The notes: generated by a model from the sequence alone, not told the origin. DNA of 51,539 nucleotides, filler included, from Basidioascus undulatus (GCA_000826855.1; 3 parts of 3 records of this genome joined end to end with filler, not necessarily neighbours in it); one strand, 5' to 3'. Positions 23,203 through 36,425 are shown, counted from the whole stretch's first letter. Made by a program: numbers and translations.

Positions 23203-26200
23203 TCACATTATCAGGGTTTTCAAGATTGCTATAGAGCCTGCTGTTCGACGAGTGTCCGACTCTCCGCCCTTCTCAACAATCGGCGCTGACATCTGATGAG
23301 GTTGCGTCGGTGTGCGAGGGGGCAGCCATGGCGCCCCTTCCAGCTCTGCTCGAAACGCTGTCTGATATTCAACGGGCAGTTGAATATGCGGTTGGTGAAG
23401 CAAGGATCGTAAGCTCGCAGAGTTAATATTGGACAGCAACACAGCTTACCGCGCGGTCGACGCTGAATGGCAGCCCGCGATGCCGACCACGGATCATGAA
23501 AGCCATCAGGATGAGTTTCGCGACGGTGGTGCACCCTCCTGCCAATGAGAATTTTTCCTAGCAGCGCCCGCCGTTAATGAGACGCACGGCCCATGAAGAG
23601 GACTCGAACCTACGTTAGGTATCCCAAGCGAGAAGCCGACTAAGGTTCGCAATGTCAGCCGTCGCTCACAGCTTAGGGAACACGCAGACGTACTGTCTGT
23701 AAAGGCTGCCACAAGCTCGAAGTTGAGAGAGAAAATGTTGAAGTATGAAGTGTCCTCATTCTCAGGTTGCGGCGCTGCGCACGTACCGTCAGGAACGCAG
23801 TCCGGAGACGATGCAAATCATCGACACACCTCGACCAAGCAGAACAATATTAGTCCCAGAACCAACCAGACGCGTCGTTCGAGAGCTGACGTTTGCGTGC
23901 CATTGAAGATCTGCAGCGCCGGCATGTGGGACCTCAAGCGTGCACGCTATGGGAAAGAGAGGAACGACGACAAAACGCACAAGCCTTTGTAGCCTCGCCA
24001 GCGTCGCGAGGAAGATTGGTCGGCTCTTCGTCACTTGGCTCATCCTCAAACACCGCCAGAGTACCGTCCTCGTACTTCAAGAAAGACGGTTTTACGCATC
24101 AGCATCGGCGCAGCGTTTCGTCTGCTTTGTCTCATGGCAATTTAGGAGCACCTGAACTGCATGTGCAATCGCCGAAAGTGACACCACACCGAAACCACCT
24201 GATCAGATGCAGGCCGCCTGACTGTTGTCGCAGTTTCAGAATCCGAAATATTCACTCTGGACCAATGCTCAGGAACTTCAGAAGACTTGCCACAACGCGT
24301 TCGCCGACCTGCTTCCCTTGTCAGGGGTGAGGAAGCACATCTTGATGGGGTACACGTACAGGCATTGCGTCGATATCCGGGACACCAATGTTGAACAGGA
24401 GGAAGCATACGAAGTATATGACTTGTAAAGCGTGAAACGGGTAAGAACGCAGCTTTGCCGCTTGATCGGCAGGAAGCGCATGAGGCTTGCCTAAGCGTAA
24501 CGAGAACGAAGAGCAGATACCAAGACTGATGGGCGGGGAAGAGGTAAAGGTAGCAGCTGAACTGGGAAAGAGAGGGTCAGCATTCCCCGAAAGCCTCGGG
24601 TGAAGGAGTGAAAGGCAGCCTTGCCGTCGAGGATGATCGAGTAGGAAGTGCAGTGTCTCGAAAGCGCCCGAGCTGCGTCGCACGACCTTCGTACCCAGCC
24701 AGCTGAAACCCCAAGGTTAGTGTTACACCAAATATAACGCAGAAGATTCGTACATCACAAATCGAAGCCTGTTCAACCCCAACAAGTTAGTACTGTTTCG
24801 GGAAAGAACTCAACGACATATCTCACCCCAGCGGAAATGCAGTTGCCCCGGCGAAGATCAGAGCGATCAGCGGGAGAATCAGTCCTATGCGCCTTGCAGT
24901 CTGGTACGAGTTCCGAAAGTTAGAAATGCTGCAGCTTTTCATACATACAGAGCTGGAACGACACTTCACTGCGTCAACGACGTGTCAACCAACGACAAGC
25001 CGCTGATTACGACGATGGTCAACTCAAGTCGTCCTCAGTGCACGCGAAACTACTAGCAGTTCATTCGAGTATGCTGAAAGACACTGGAGCAGCGAGTACC
25101 TGGAGGAGTACGTAAATGGGGACCCTTCAGGCTTTATTTGTGCATGGGAGGGCACGCGGCGTACCAAGTGATCTTTAGCCTGCCTTGCTGGTCCTCTATT
25201 ACCGCCCGAACTTTGTCGACTGCATTGCAGTACGGTGCAATGATGGAAAAAGCAGTGAGTATAGTCCCGAAGAAGTACTGGCAAAGCTTTCGTTAGCTTG
25301 TGCCTGGGAGGTGCACGGCAAGCGACCGACGCAAAGTACGATCCTCGACAGCCAGAGGAGAGCACGGTACTCGATACCGCTAAACCTACAATCCGGGTTC
25401 AACGTGAGGGCTCAACCAAGGAGGAATCTTGTAACTTTAGGACTTACTTCTCGACTTGGTCGCAGGTCATCTCTTCCGCCTCCTCAGCCTCTACGAGCGC
25501 CCGAAAGGCCAGGTGCGGGCCCGACGAGGCCTCAGCCTGCGGTCCTTCGGCTTTCTCTGCGGCGGAATAAAGCGTGAAGGCCCGTCTGATATTTGGGCTA
25601 ATTTTGGGAAAGATGCGACCAGACACCGCCCGAAGTATCTCTACCGGCCCAGGGAACCCGCCGAAACCGATGTCTTTGCGGCGAAGGCGAGGTGCTCCCG
25701 ACAACGGTCCACCGGCGGTGATGTGTCGAGTTTGATGACGGAATACAAGAAGAACTGTCAGTATATTTGGCAATAATGACATTCTATGAGAAGAAAGGGC
25801 GTACAACGAAGAGGAGTACGCTCGCGCACAATGGTTAGCCGCCTGCCAAATGGAGTTGCCTGAAAGCGCTGCCGAGGAGAGCGGCCGGAGATGGGAAGAC
25901 TGTTGTTGAAGGTCAGAAAAATCTTCAGGATGGCAGTACGCCGGCTCCTCACTTACCGGGGGAGCTGGCGACTTCGGTCATTTGCCCAGGCGACTCCACG
26001 CGCCTGGTTGGCGTGTTTCCTTCGGTCAGCAAGATGGAAGCGCGGGCTATCGAGCGGCTGAGCGTACCTCAGAGCTAGAATACTCCACCCTTTTCGACGT
26101 TCCTCCTCCTCCTGCATGTCCAGCGGAGGATCGGCGACCAGCGGCTGCGCGGCGGGTCGTACCGTGAAAGCCCGAGTCAGACGACGAAGCAGCCCGCCGC

Positions 26201-26884
26201 TCGCGCTTGATTGTCTGCTCTCGCGGAAACTCTCTCTGGCTTTGTCGACGACCTCCGTACATGAACGCCGGAAGTACACCCTATGTGGCAAGAAACCGTC
26301 AGCTCTTCTCAAATAGCTTTGCGAGCATTGAGCATGCGAAGGGAACAGAGCCAATGGACTGTCGCACTCCTACGAGGACCAAGAAGACAACAGTCTATGG
26401 GACAGTTATTCACATTTATGGTTTTATTTTCAAAGAAAATTGGATAGACGCACTGTGTTCCCAAGCATCATGAGAAGGAAGAGGATCGTTTGCTGCCATA
26501 CTGCACAAAACAGTGAGCGTGCACGCAAAGCGGGACTGGGAGTTAAAAATGCTTACCAGTCACGTGGACAGGTTGATTGTCGTAAGAGCTTTTGGACAAC
26601 GACTGCTTAGCTCTCATGAAAATATCTCTACAAAGGAAGTCTGGGACGTACCAGTATTCGTGAACGCCGAGACGCACATGAAGAGAGCGTCTACGAAAGG
26701 AACGTGCATGGCCCCCATTGGTCGCGTAAAAGACCGCGCCGCTGACCAGCGGGACGAACAGGAATGTGAGCAAATGAAGACGTAAGAAGTTGAGATGTTT
26801 CTCCAAGGAGGACGTGAGGCGCTTGGAAGACGAGAGAAGTGCCGCTTCCGGCGCTGCGGCGTCGATGGTCCTTTGCGACGACAT
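23203..26884 (-). pseudogene. TRK1: Trk-family K+ transporter, multiply disrupted
   Basis: Motifs NFLRLHLLTF, FVDALFMCVSAFTNT, WQQTILFLLMMLG, GFGGFPGP, GIEYRAL, FLLDHPRRCYLYLFP, IRGRHRGLPFSVDRA. Lesions: +1 at 26712-26716, -1/TGA at 26560-26562, frameshift/TAG at 24885-24887, in-frame TGA at 24203-24205, and further shifts near 23850-23900. Confidence 0.85.
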
Positions 26885-27138
26885 CGTGGATCGAGAGGTG
26901 GAAACGAATGTGATGGTTGATGCTCGAGCTCTGTTGATGCGAGAATCACGAGCGCGATCAAAAAGCGGACACCGTATGTTCTACACGTGTCGAGGAGTCC
27001 CCCGCTTGACCATGGCCGTGGTGACATGCGGCAATTAGACGGGCCGCTTGCGATTAGGTCTCTCGTCAACGAGACATGCAGTGCACACCGCCCGCTATTT
27101 TCCAACCTTCACAAGCGAAGCAAAGCATATGATGAAGT

Positions 27139-29085
27139 TCATTTCCCTATGCAGAACCCGGCAAAGAGGGCATCCAGAATCTCCTCGACATCCACACGTC
27201 CCGTCACACGTCCCAGCGCCTGCGCAGCATAGCGCAGCTCCTCAGCAGCTTCAACCGGCAGAGTCTCGGGCGTATCTGCACCCCCATGGTCAGGCAATGC
27301 GAAGGAAAACAAAAAAAGAACGGAAAGTCTTACTCAAGAAAGCGTCGATGAAACCGAGGCATTCCGTCAAGTGGTGCCGATGGCGTGCGTCGGTGATGAG
27401 CGGCGTCTCCGTCCCTCCAACGACGTCGAACCGCTCCTTCAGCTGCTCGCCGAAGCACTGCATGAAGCGGTCCATCCCAGACCCATCGCGCACACTCGCG
27501 TCCCACACACGCGAGCCTTTTGGCAACGTGTGATAGAGCGCTTCGAGCTGCGCTGCTGATAGCGGCGCCGCGAGGTCGATCTTGTTCAGGAGGACGAGGG
27601 GTTGTGGCGGGAGGTGTGGGAGGAGGGAGGAGGGTATGGACGGCGTGAGCGTGTCGGGGGTGGGGAAGACGGAGGGCAGGGACAGGACGAGGAGGGCGAT
27701 GTCAGATTGGGCGACACTGGGGGTGATGTTGGTCCGTGAGTGAAAGCACGGCCTAAACGCAAGTAGAAACGAGACGAACGCGGCTCCTGCACGCTCGACG
27801 CCAATCTTCTCGATCTCCTCACCCGTCTCGCGCATGCCAGCAGTGTCGGCAACGATGACCGGAAAGCCACCGACATCGAGGCTGAGCTCGATCACGTCGC
27901 GCGTCGTACCCGGCAGCGGCGAGACAATGGCAGCCTCGCGTTGAGCTGGAGACCGGAGCAAGATGAGACGTATTCATGTCCGAGCAGAGCGTCAGGCAAA
28001 GACGCACCCATGTAGTTCAGAAGACTTGACTTCCCCGCATTCGGCGGGCCGAAGATCGCTAAGCGGATGCCGGAACGGAGGATTTCGCCTCGACGCCCAT
28101 CGGCAAGATGTCGAACGACCAGCGAGTGGAGGTGCTTCGCTCGAGCGGTCACTGTCCAGTTCAAGTCAACTCGTCTGAGCACCAGCCTGAAATGCGGTAT
28201 CCAGGCAAGTACCTTGCTCATACAAACCCTCTTCTATTTGCTCGTCCTCCCCGAAGTCGATGATGGCCTCGATGAGCGAGAGGCATCCGATGATCTCCGT
28301 CCGCATCGCCTCATACTGCGTCTTCAACGCGCCCTGTGCACAGTCCCAATACGATCAGCACTCTCTCCTAACTGCGCAAGCCAGGCCGCACGTACCCCAG
28401 CCTGCCGCATAGCCAGTCTTCTCTGGCCCTCAGTCTCCGCGTCCACCAGGTCCCTCAGGCCCTCGAGCTCAGTCAGGTCCATCCGGCCCGCTTCGAACGC
28501 CTGGCAAGCGAACTCGCCCCGCTCGGCGGGCCGGCAGCCCGGGATGCGCGAGAGCACGGCGAGCACGGCGGAGACGATCGAGGGCCCTCCGTGCAGGTGG
28601 AACTCCAGGACCGGCTGGGAAGTGAAGGATCGGGGGGCTGTCGGTTCGGAATCGTCAAAGGGGCCGACGCGGTTGGGCATAGAGAGTAAGGAAACGGAGC
28701 ACGCACCGGCAAAGTAGACCACTAGCGCTCGGTCCAGAAGCTCGCCTGTGTCGGGGTCGCAGACGTTCCGGTTTACAAGCATGCGCGGTTCGGGCAGGTT
28801 GGAGGCCCTGCCGCGTCCAGCGAGGGCCTTGTAGACGGTCGGGACCTCAGGGCCGGAGACACGCACGACGGCGACGCCCGCTTTGCCTGGCGCACTCGCA
28901 AGAGCGAAGATGGTCTTCTGCTGAGATGAAGACGCTTTGAGGGTAGTGAACGAGTGTTGCAGTCGCGCTTGGCTTGCGAAAGCGCCGACGGGCGAAGGGA
29001 TGTCCCGAGGCGTTCGAGGGAAAACGGTTCGAGGCCGTGCGAAGGCCGATCGACGCTGAGCGAAATGTATGAGTCGCCTCATCAT
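27139..29085 (-). CDS. MSS1: Mitochondrial tRNA-modification GTPase MSS1/MnmE (GTPBP3)
   Basis: [36 protein letters not shown]...[50 protein letters not shown]-terminal FCIGK*. Arg-rich presequence. Confidence 0.95.
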
Positions 29086-29398
29086 GAGCCTTGATTGAAT
29101 GAAGAGGATTTTATCAGCTTCATAATGGGTCAGAAGGTGGACGATGGGCGGACAAGGGCGAGGGGCTGAAAAATCGTAGTGAAAGAAAGAAGAGAAGACA
29201 CCACCCAACCCCTCGCCGACTCGCACGCGCCCTCGCGCCGAGCTGGAGACGAGTAGCCTCTCAGACTCGTACCGCCACGACACTCTCCTGCCTTCTTCCC
29301 TTCCAATTTGCTCTCAGGCAGAAGATTATTCACCTGATCTAGTCTCTTTATATCCCTCTCCACCGTCCCTCTTCTCGCCCCATCCGCCGCCTGCCAAC

Positions 29399-30442
29399 AT
29401 GGGTCAATCCGGCTCGGTGCTGCTCAACGATCTCGAGCGGAATTCCAACTGCATGTCGCTCCCCCCGCACCCCTAAGCCTTTCCGCCCCATGCGCAGCAC
29501 CCTGACTTACCTGGGGGGGGNGGGGGGGGGGGGGGCGCCGTGCGGCATGCAGTCTCCGCCGCCGAGCTCCAGCGGCTCAAGAAGCGGTTCATGAAGCTCG
29601 ACCGCGACGGCTCAGGCTCGATCGACCGCGAGGAGTTCCTCCAGATCCCCCAGATCGCCAACAACCCGCTCGCGTCCCGCATGATCGCCATCTTTGACGA
29701 GGAGTGCGTCCTGCGCTTGCTGGCGCATACTGAGAGGGGAGGAGGAGGGGCCGTGGCTGACGCTGGCGCTGGCGGGGCTGCAGCGGCGGAGGCACCGTTG
29801 ACTTCCAGGAGTTCGTGGGCGGGTTGAGCGCGTTCAGCAGCAAGGGCGGGAGGGAAGAGAAGCTTCGATGTGCGTCTTCTCTTCATACTCAAGGTGACCG
29901 GAGGCGGTCGTGTGACTGACCACGACTCCTGTTCCCTGCCCCGTCCACCCTCGTTCCCTTGCACCTCGGTCCCTCTCGACCGCATTGGCTCCCGTCCCGC
30001 TCCGCTACATACAGTCGCCTTCAAGGTGTACGACATCGACCGGGATGGGTTCATCTCCAACGGCGAGCTGTTCCTCGTCCTGAAGATGATGGTGGGCAAC
30101 AACCTCAAGGTGCGTTCGCTAGCTCACCTCGACTTGCCAGTGAGCGTGAGGGGTTCTCACGGTTTGGCATACGCGTGACAGGACCAACAATTGCAACAGA
30201 TCGTCGACAAGACGATCATGGAGGGGGACAAAGACGGGCACGTCCGGGTGTGGATCAGGATGTGCTGACCCAAGCTCACCCCTGATCCGCTTCGCAGGGA
30301 TGGCAAGCTCTCATTCGAGGAGTTCACGCATATGGTGGCGGCGACGGTACGTTCGTGCAAGGCGTTGCTGCTTTTTGTCTGACCAGGCTTTGTCTCGCTC
30401 CAGGATATTCTGAAGCAGATGACGCTGGAGGACCTGTTCTAA
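29399..30442 (+). CDS. CNB1: Calcineurin regulatory B subunit
   Basis: MG myristoylation start, [85 protein letters not shown], four EF hands, ending KQMTLEDLF*. Confidence 0.97.
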
Positions 30443-30784
30443 TGACTTGATACAATCCCTACATTTCTTTCGCATTCGCACGATCATTTGTCTGCCAAGC
30501 GCCGGCCTACTTTTGCCTTCATATACCCGAAATTGCACGTCACTTTACATGGATTGCCACACTGCTTGCATACGGTGGAGGACGTAAGAGTTTGCAGCAA
30601 GAGTTTGTTTAATATAGAGCAGGGAATGCGACGGCGAGAAAACAAGGCACGTTGGCTAGAGTACAATCAGACTGGATGCGAGGACTGCAGCAGAGTCAGA
30701 GCGAGGAGGCTGGGGCGGTACACAAGTGGGAAGGAAACTAGCAACAGGCATGAGGGGAGAGGGGGACGGTGGACGCGCGAAGAA

Positions 30785-31592
30785 TCAAGAGTGCGTTGGA
30801 GAAGCGCTCATGGGGATCTCGATCGGAGGCTGATGGAACGCGCCTGGCGGTCCGAAGCCGTACGGGCCGCCGGCGGTCGGCCCGAAAGTGTTGGACAGGA
30901 ACGCGGGATGTGCTTGTTGGGGTATGGAGGCGGAGTGCGGAGCGGAGGGAGAGGTGGGGGAGGTGGTGACGAAGGAGGAGTAAGCGGGGTAGGACGAGTC
31001 GATGTAGGGCGCGAAGGGGTTCTTTGCGGCGAACGCGTTGGAGGGGAAGGCGGCGGACCGCATGGGGGAGGATGGACGATAGAAGTGGGCCGACGGCGAG
31101 GCCCCACCCATCATCAGGCCCGCCGACTGCTGCTGCTGCTGCACCGCGTCGACGGGCCATCTCCCGCCGAGTCTAAGATCCACCTCGCGCTCATCCTCCA
31201 CGATCCACTCGTCCTCCACGACGCTCACTCTCCGCGTGCGCGACTCGCGACTGCGCCCACGCTCGCTGCCGCGCCCGATGCTCGACACGCTCGTCCGGCG
31301 GATGCGCCCGCCCATGTCGACGACCGCCCCGCCACCCAGCGACTGTGGCGTCGACTGCGGCGTCGTGTGCGGTGCGCGCGTGAAGCCGCACGCGCCGTTC
31401 GACGGCGGCTGGCAGAGCGTCGCCATGAGCTGCTTCTGCGCGAGGGTGGCGGGGAGATGGCAGAGCGTTTCAACACCAGGCACAGGGGCGTGGTGAAGCG
31501 AGATAGGGACGCACCTGGAGAGCGGCCAAGTCGAGTTGCTCCTGTCCGACGTGGGAGCCAGCGAAGCTGCTGATGAGGTCGTCGATGTCCAT
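30785..31592 (-). CDS. Hypothetical protein with a short structured N-terminus and a disordered Ser/Pro-rich body
   Basis: MDIDDLISSFAGSHVGQEQLDLAALQ, then an intron (GTGCGT..CAG), then KQLMATLCQ...TTPQSTP...RRTSVSS. Open to the stop at 30785; the 3' end is uncertain. Confidence 0.6.
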
Positions 31593-33806
31593 TGTATGGT
31601 TTGGGGTTGCGTGGGGGGGATACGGTAGGAGGCCAAGGGAGATAAAGTGGTGGGCGGTGTTGGCCCGAATCAAGTCAACCGACAACGGATATGTATCGGC
31701 GGTCGGGATTTAGACAGAGTCCGGGCGGTGTATCCGGATGTCAATAGAATTGAGAAATCGAGTAGATTAAGAGCGGAGATGTGTCGTACGCCCAAAGAAG
31801 GAGGGAATGCAAGATGACAGGGCGGCGCGGGGAACGTGGATGATGGTCGGTCGACGTTCAGTGAGAGCGCTCGCGAAGTTGCGCGCAGACCGGGTGAACG
31901 CGGGACCGGGTCCCTGCTATAGCCTTGCATCTTAGTCGCCTTCGTTTCATTTGCCTTGGTTCACGAGTGCCCAAACAACGTTGCACGTGCGTTGCATATG
32001 GAGAAACTATGTAAAAGCTCTACATTTGTGCATGGCGTGCTGTCAGCTTGTGCTGCCAAGAAAATAGCAGTCCGTTGCTCTTTCTCTCCGCGCCTCCCGG
32101 ACATGCAGACTGACTGCATCAGGCTGCCGCCGGTGAAGTACGCTCCTGCAGAATGAGATGATGGACTTATTGCGGCTGTAGGGGCTGGCTTAGCGTGGGA
32201 AATGACCTGCTCAAACGAAGCGGTATACAAACAACGCTTGACGACGCAGCCCGCCCCGTCGCTCCGACGTCTCACGCCCCCATCCTACCGCCGGCACGGG
32301 CACATTTGCAGTGTTTCCCACTCACGTTTCGTGCACGGACTTTTGCAGCAGCAACAGCTTCAAGACTGGATAAGCACTTCAATTCCATGGTCGCCGATGC
32401 CCGCAGCACATTCATCTCGGACAGCGCAGAATTAACGCTACGGTCTGAGGACCGTACGTTGCGCAATGTGCGGTAACGAAGCGCTGCAGTTCGAATCTCC
32501 TCATCGGAGTCACCGGCCTTGACGGAATTGATGGAGGAAGACTTTGGAAGCGCGAAAGCCTGAAAATGCCGACGGCCGGTGGCAGCTCGGACTCCCTTCG
32601 AGGCCACCAGCGAGCCTTCCGTCTAGCCACCGGAAATACGAGCCCGACTCAAGAGTCAAGCGTAACGCTTGATCGTTTGCAAAGGCAAACACAACCGGCT
32701 TGTGTAAGCCGGTGCGGAAATACGATCATGAGTACGGTGCAAGTCGGGCTGGACTCTTTGAGGCCCTGAGAGGAGTGCACGAAGCATTGCCATGAAACTC
32801 GGCGAGAGCACCTTCGGCCGCACAGTTTTGTGAAGTAGTTTGAAATGCTGATGTTCTTTGGTCTACAAGCCGCATATAACTATGAATGACTGGCAGACTA
32901 CGTGTTGCACTGCCGTTTCAGCGTCAGCAAGTGGCAGACCGCGCTCTCATCGGTTACCACATTCCATCTACGTCTGAAAGCAAGGGTCAACTGAGTGCGT
33001 ATAAGAGGCTTATGGATCAATGACATGCAGCTTTCGTGGAATCTCGACCCCGCCAACAGGAACGCAGCAATCCTTCAATCCTTCGATGGCAAACAAGCTG
33101 ACGGCGCGGGGCCGAAAGCCACATGTCCATCAACGCTGAACGTATTCAACGGATTTTGGGAACGTCCACATTCAGAACTCGCACAAGTCATCGCACATTC
33201 AGAGGGAATCTTGAGGGAAACTGCTCCCCACGAACACCGAACTCGGCAGGCAGCGACTCAGCATAGCTACTCAGCACGCAGCCATGCTTGCCAAGCAACT
33301 CTTACGAATATTGCGGCTGACATGCCAATACCCTGCTCTACGAAATGAGTGTAAGGTACTATTGGCCATAGAGTACCCTAGCAAACCTCAGCACGCAGCG
33401 AAAGATGCCAGGGGACTGGAAAGAGAGAAGGGTGAAGCGGAAGACAACTGATTAGCGAGCGTGGATAAAGGGTCCGATGAGAGACGTTTCTGGAGGAAAT
33501 ATGTGCGGTGTGCACCGCGAGGAAACTTCACTGCTTGTGCAGTCTTGTGTAAATCGGCGTCAAGTATGGCATATCTCTGTAGCCTTTCTGGTTTCCACAA
33601 TGGTTCTATCATCTCAATTCCGGACGACAGATCCAAAATTTCAGTTGAAAAGGGGACAGAGTGCATGTGATTGTTGTCCGCGACGGCTGAAGAGCGCCAT
33701 AGTTACGGAGCTGCGCGGAGTGATCGTTTCGCCGTTGCCGCATCCCCATCGCCTTACGCTCTTCCATTACACTTCCACCTCAAACGGCCAATAGAATATT
33801 GCAGTC

Positions 33807-34700
33807 ATGATCAAAATCGGTAGCGCCTCTCGAGTCAAAGGCCGATGGGAGACCTGCCGCAAGCCGGCGCCGCCGGGTGGCCCGAGGCTCAGCGTCTGTG
33901 GCAGATGCAGGGAAGGTGAGCCATTCTCATAGATCCCCCATAAAAAGGGCTTCTCGTTTATTATCCTACTGCTCCAGCGAATGCCAACGCGCCGTCTGGC
34001 CGCACCACCGCCGCGGGTGCGAGCACAAGGCCGCATTTCTGGCCGCGCCCGCAACGGCACCTTATCATGACCTCCGCGAGGTGATCCAGAAATGGACGAC
34101 GCTGCACACCGATGCGCTGTGGGTGGCCCTTCTGCCTACCCGAGGACTCGTCGACGGCAGGCGCTGGTGCGCATTGAGCTCCGCCCAGTTCTTTCGACCC
34201 ACCCCGCTTTGGCCTCGTCGCTCGCGAGCTTCTTCCGCTGGATAAAGCGACAAGAATCTGGGATAAGACACCGTGAGATACCTCCAGGTGCTTCAGGAAG
34301 CTCGTGGGTACTGGCATGACCTTTGTCGATCCTGGGACAGTCGATCCTGGGACAGGCTGTGCTGATGACAAGTCACGTCGGCAGAGGTCGCGAAGGGCAA
34401 GCCAGGAGTAGCGTTGCTCATACTCGACCCATTCCCAATCTCCGCCGGCCAACCGTTCCTGGGAAGGTGAAGCGAAGGTGGGGCGGCGGCGCAATACTCT
34501 GGCTTTGACTGGTGGGCGGGTTGGAGTCCTACTTGCTGGAGCGACAGGGTTGAGGAGAATGCTAATGACTTTTGGAAAGACGATTGCTATGGGGCACTTG
34601 TGTAAGCGTGCCAGAATAACCAATGCTATACGGTCGTGCCAACAATGCGTATTCAACAGCGCTTGCGAGGTTGTTGGCCTGGGCGAGAAACGGGGAGGGC
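33807..34700 (+). pseudogene. MYND-type zinc finger protein, probably degenerate
   Basis: (W)ETC...LSVCGRCRE|VSYCSSECQRAVWPHHRRGC matches zf-MYND. The first Cys codon is TGG (33846-33848), the needed acceptor reads TAT instead of TAG (33959-33961), and stops occur downstream. The 3' limit is approximate. Confidence 0.6.
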
Positions 34701-35416
34701 CGAGGCTTCGTCCGCTGAACGTCGAGCGGCCAGCCGAGGCGACAGAAGTCCTTCACTCTTCTCCTCGCGCCCTCATCTCCGGACGGCTGGACGCTACCTC
34801 TCGCCGTTTCTTCGCTCCCACCTCCCCCGAACTTCGTTCTTTCCTCGCTCCTCTGCTCCAGGTCAGGCCATTTCCTGAGTCTGGGCTGTTTATCCTGTGG
34901 TGTTGCCCTTCGCCGAGCGCTGACCGCTCGCGATCCCTCCCCTTCCCCGCACCACAGGTTAGGCAGTCTGGTCTCAGGCAACTTCCTGCCGGTCGTCCAG
35001 TGCCCAACCGTGCGTTGCTATTGACTCAACGCACACGAGCCCAGAAGGCTCGGCAGGAGCAGAGCGCCGCAGCGCAGCGTCGTAGTCATGTAGTCTATCG
35101 ATACATTCCTATTGTTTGCCGCTGTTCTCACGTCTGCGTCTGCGGCGCGCCCTTCCCCTTGAAGCCTCGCGAAAGCTCGACAGCGGACGGAGCGTTGAAG
35201 TGAGCATACAAATGGCTGTATCCTTATGTTCCAGACGGTCATCTTTGTCCTACCGTAATCAACCCTTTAACTGGAGTTTCATAATAAAAGAAAAAGCAAT
35301 GTTGCTAACGTTCCGGAAGACTAGGCATACCAGACTGCACTACTGACACACCACCAAATTGCGGTTGAACGTTGACACACGTTGCGAGCACCGGAGGACC
35401 TTGAGGAATGAGGACT

Positions 35417-36425
35417 TTAAATCAGCCCCAGCTCCTTTGCTGTGATCAAGTCGCGCGTCTCAGGCCAGTGCAACGAGACGACGTCCGAGCGCTGTAGGAG
35501 CTCTTCAAGCGAGTGGACACGCTCGTGCTCGACCTCGCCCTTCCACAGGTCGGGCCGGCTTGTGGGCGAGTAGACGAGGATCTTGCACTTGATTGCGCCC
35601 TGCGGGGTGAAACTTCAGTAAAAGCGGGACTAAGCACTAATCAAGAGAAGGCGGATGCTCACGATGAACTTTAGCGCAGTCTCCTTGGCGATGTTCCCCG
35701 CTCCAATGAGGCCGACAGTCCGGCGGAAAGGCAATGAAGACAGGTTCGCAGCGCTCGTGGGGCGCTCGCCGCGACGCATGCGTCTGTCGAGCTCGACCGT
35801 CTGACGCAGGACAGCCAGTGTGGGAGTCAAGGCACACTTAAGTGCCCTCGTTAGTGTAACCATTCAGCCGCCGCGCGATGTCAGTAAGACTGCGAGAGCA
35901 CCTCCGCGACTGCCTCCGCGTTCAAGCTCGGGATGTGGGTCAACCAGACCCCGCGCTCCCTCCACGCGTTGACGTCGATCGAGTCCTTCGTACCCTCCCC
36001 TTTTCAATTAGTCCGACCCTTCCTTCAGTTATCAGGAAAAATTCCCCCAAATCCGGCTTATCGCCCTGAGCTTCTTCGTGCGGTAGATCTCGTCGGCCGT
36101 GACGCTGCCGGCGCGTACGACTGCCGAACCTCGCTCGATTAGCCACAACATAAATAATATAGTTGTTCTGTAAAAAGAAGACGACAGTTCCCGTCCGCGT
36201 ACTCAGGCCAGTCCCTCACCCTCGTCCGGCCACGCAACGAGCTCCCGAAAGCGCGCACTGCAAGACGACGAAGTCAGTTCCTGACTTCGACCTCGATCGA
36301 GAGGATTTGAGAGAGTGGAAAGAGCGACGTGCGTCCGGGTGCACGTCGTTGATGATCGCGATGCAATGGTCGTCGCTCTTGCCCAGCGAGGGGGTCGTGA
36401 GCGTCGAAGCTGGGTCGGACGGCAT
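35417..36425 (-). pseudogene. D-isomer-specific 2-hydroxyacid dehydrogenase remnant
   Basis: DSIDVNAWRERGVWLTHIPSLNAEAVAE, RTVGLIGAGNIA (GxGxxG-like), SLEELLQRSDVVSLH, then 'WPETRDLI' (CPLT apparently deleted) and a premature TAA at 35417-35419. No catalytic R/E/H half is recognisable. Confidence 0.75.

Noticed and set aside
24203..24205. In-frame TGA in Trk as selenocysteine, readthrough or an alternative genetic code
   Set aside because: It replaces a conserved Arg rather than Cys or Trp, the gene has other frameshifts, and TGA is an ordinary stop in PCH2, PIF1, MSS1 and NTA1.
26705..26720. Programmed frameshift or lone homopolymer error in Trk
   Set aside because: There is no slippery heptamer, and several independent non-homopolymer lesions favour a pseudogene.
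30488..31573. 361-aa plus-strand ORF (and similar long ORFs at 9256-10164 and 10480-11127)
   Set aside because: These are antisense shadows of GC-rich minus-strand genes, with no motifs or splice logic of their own.
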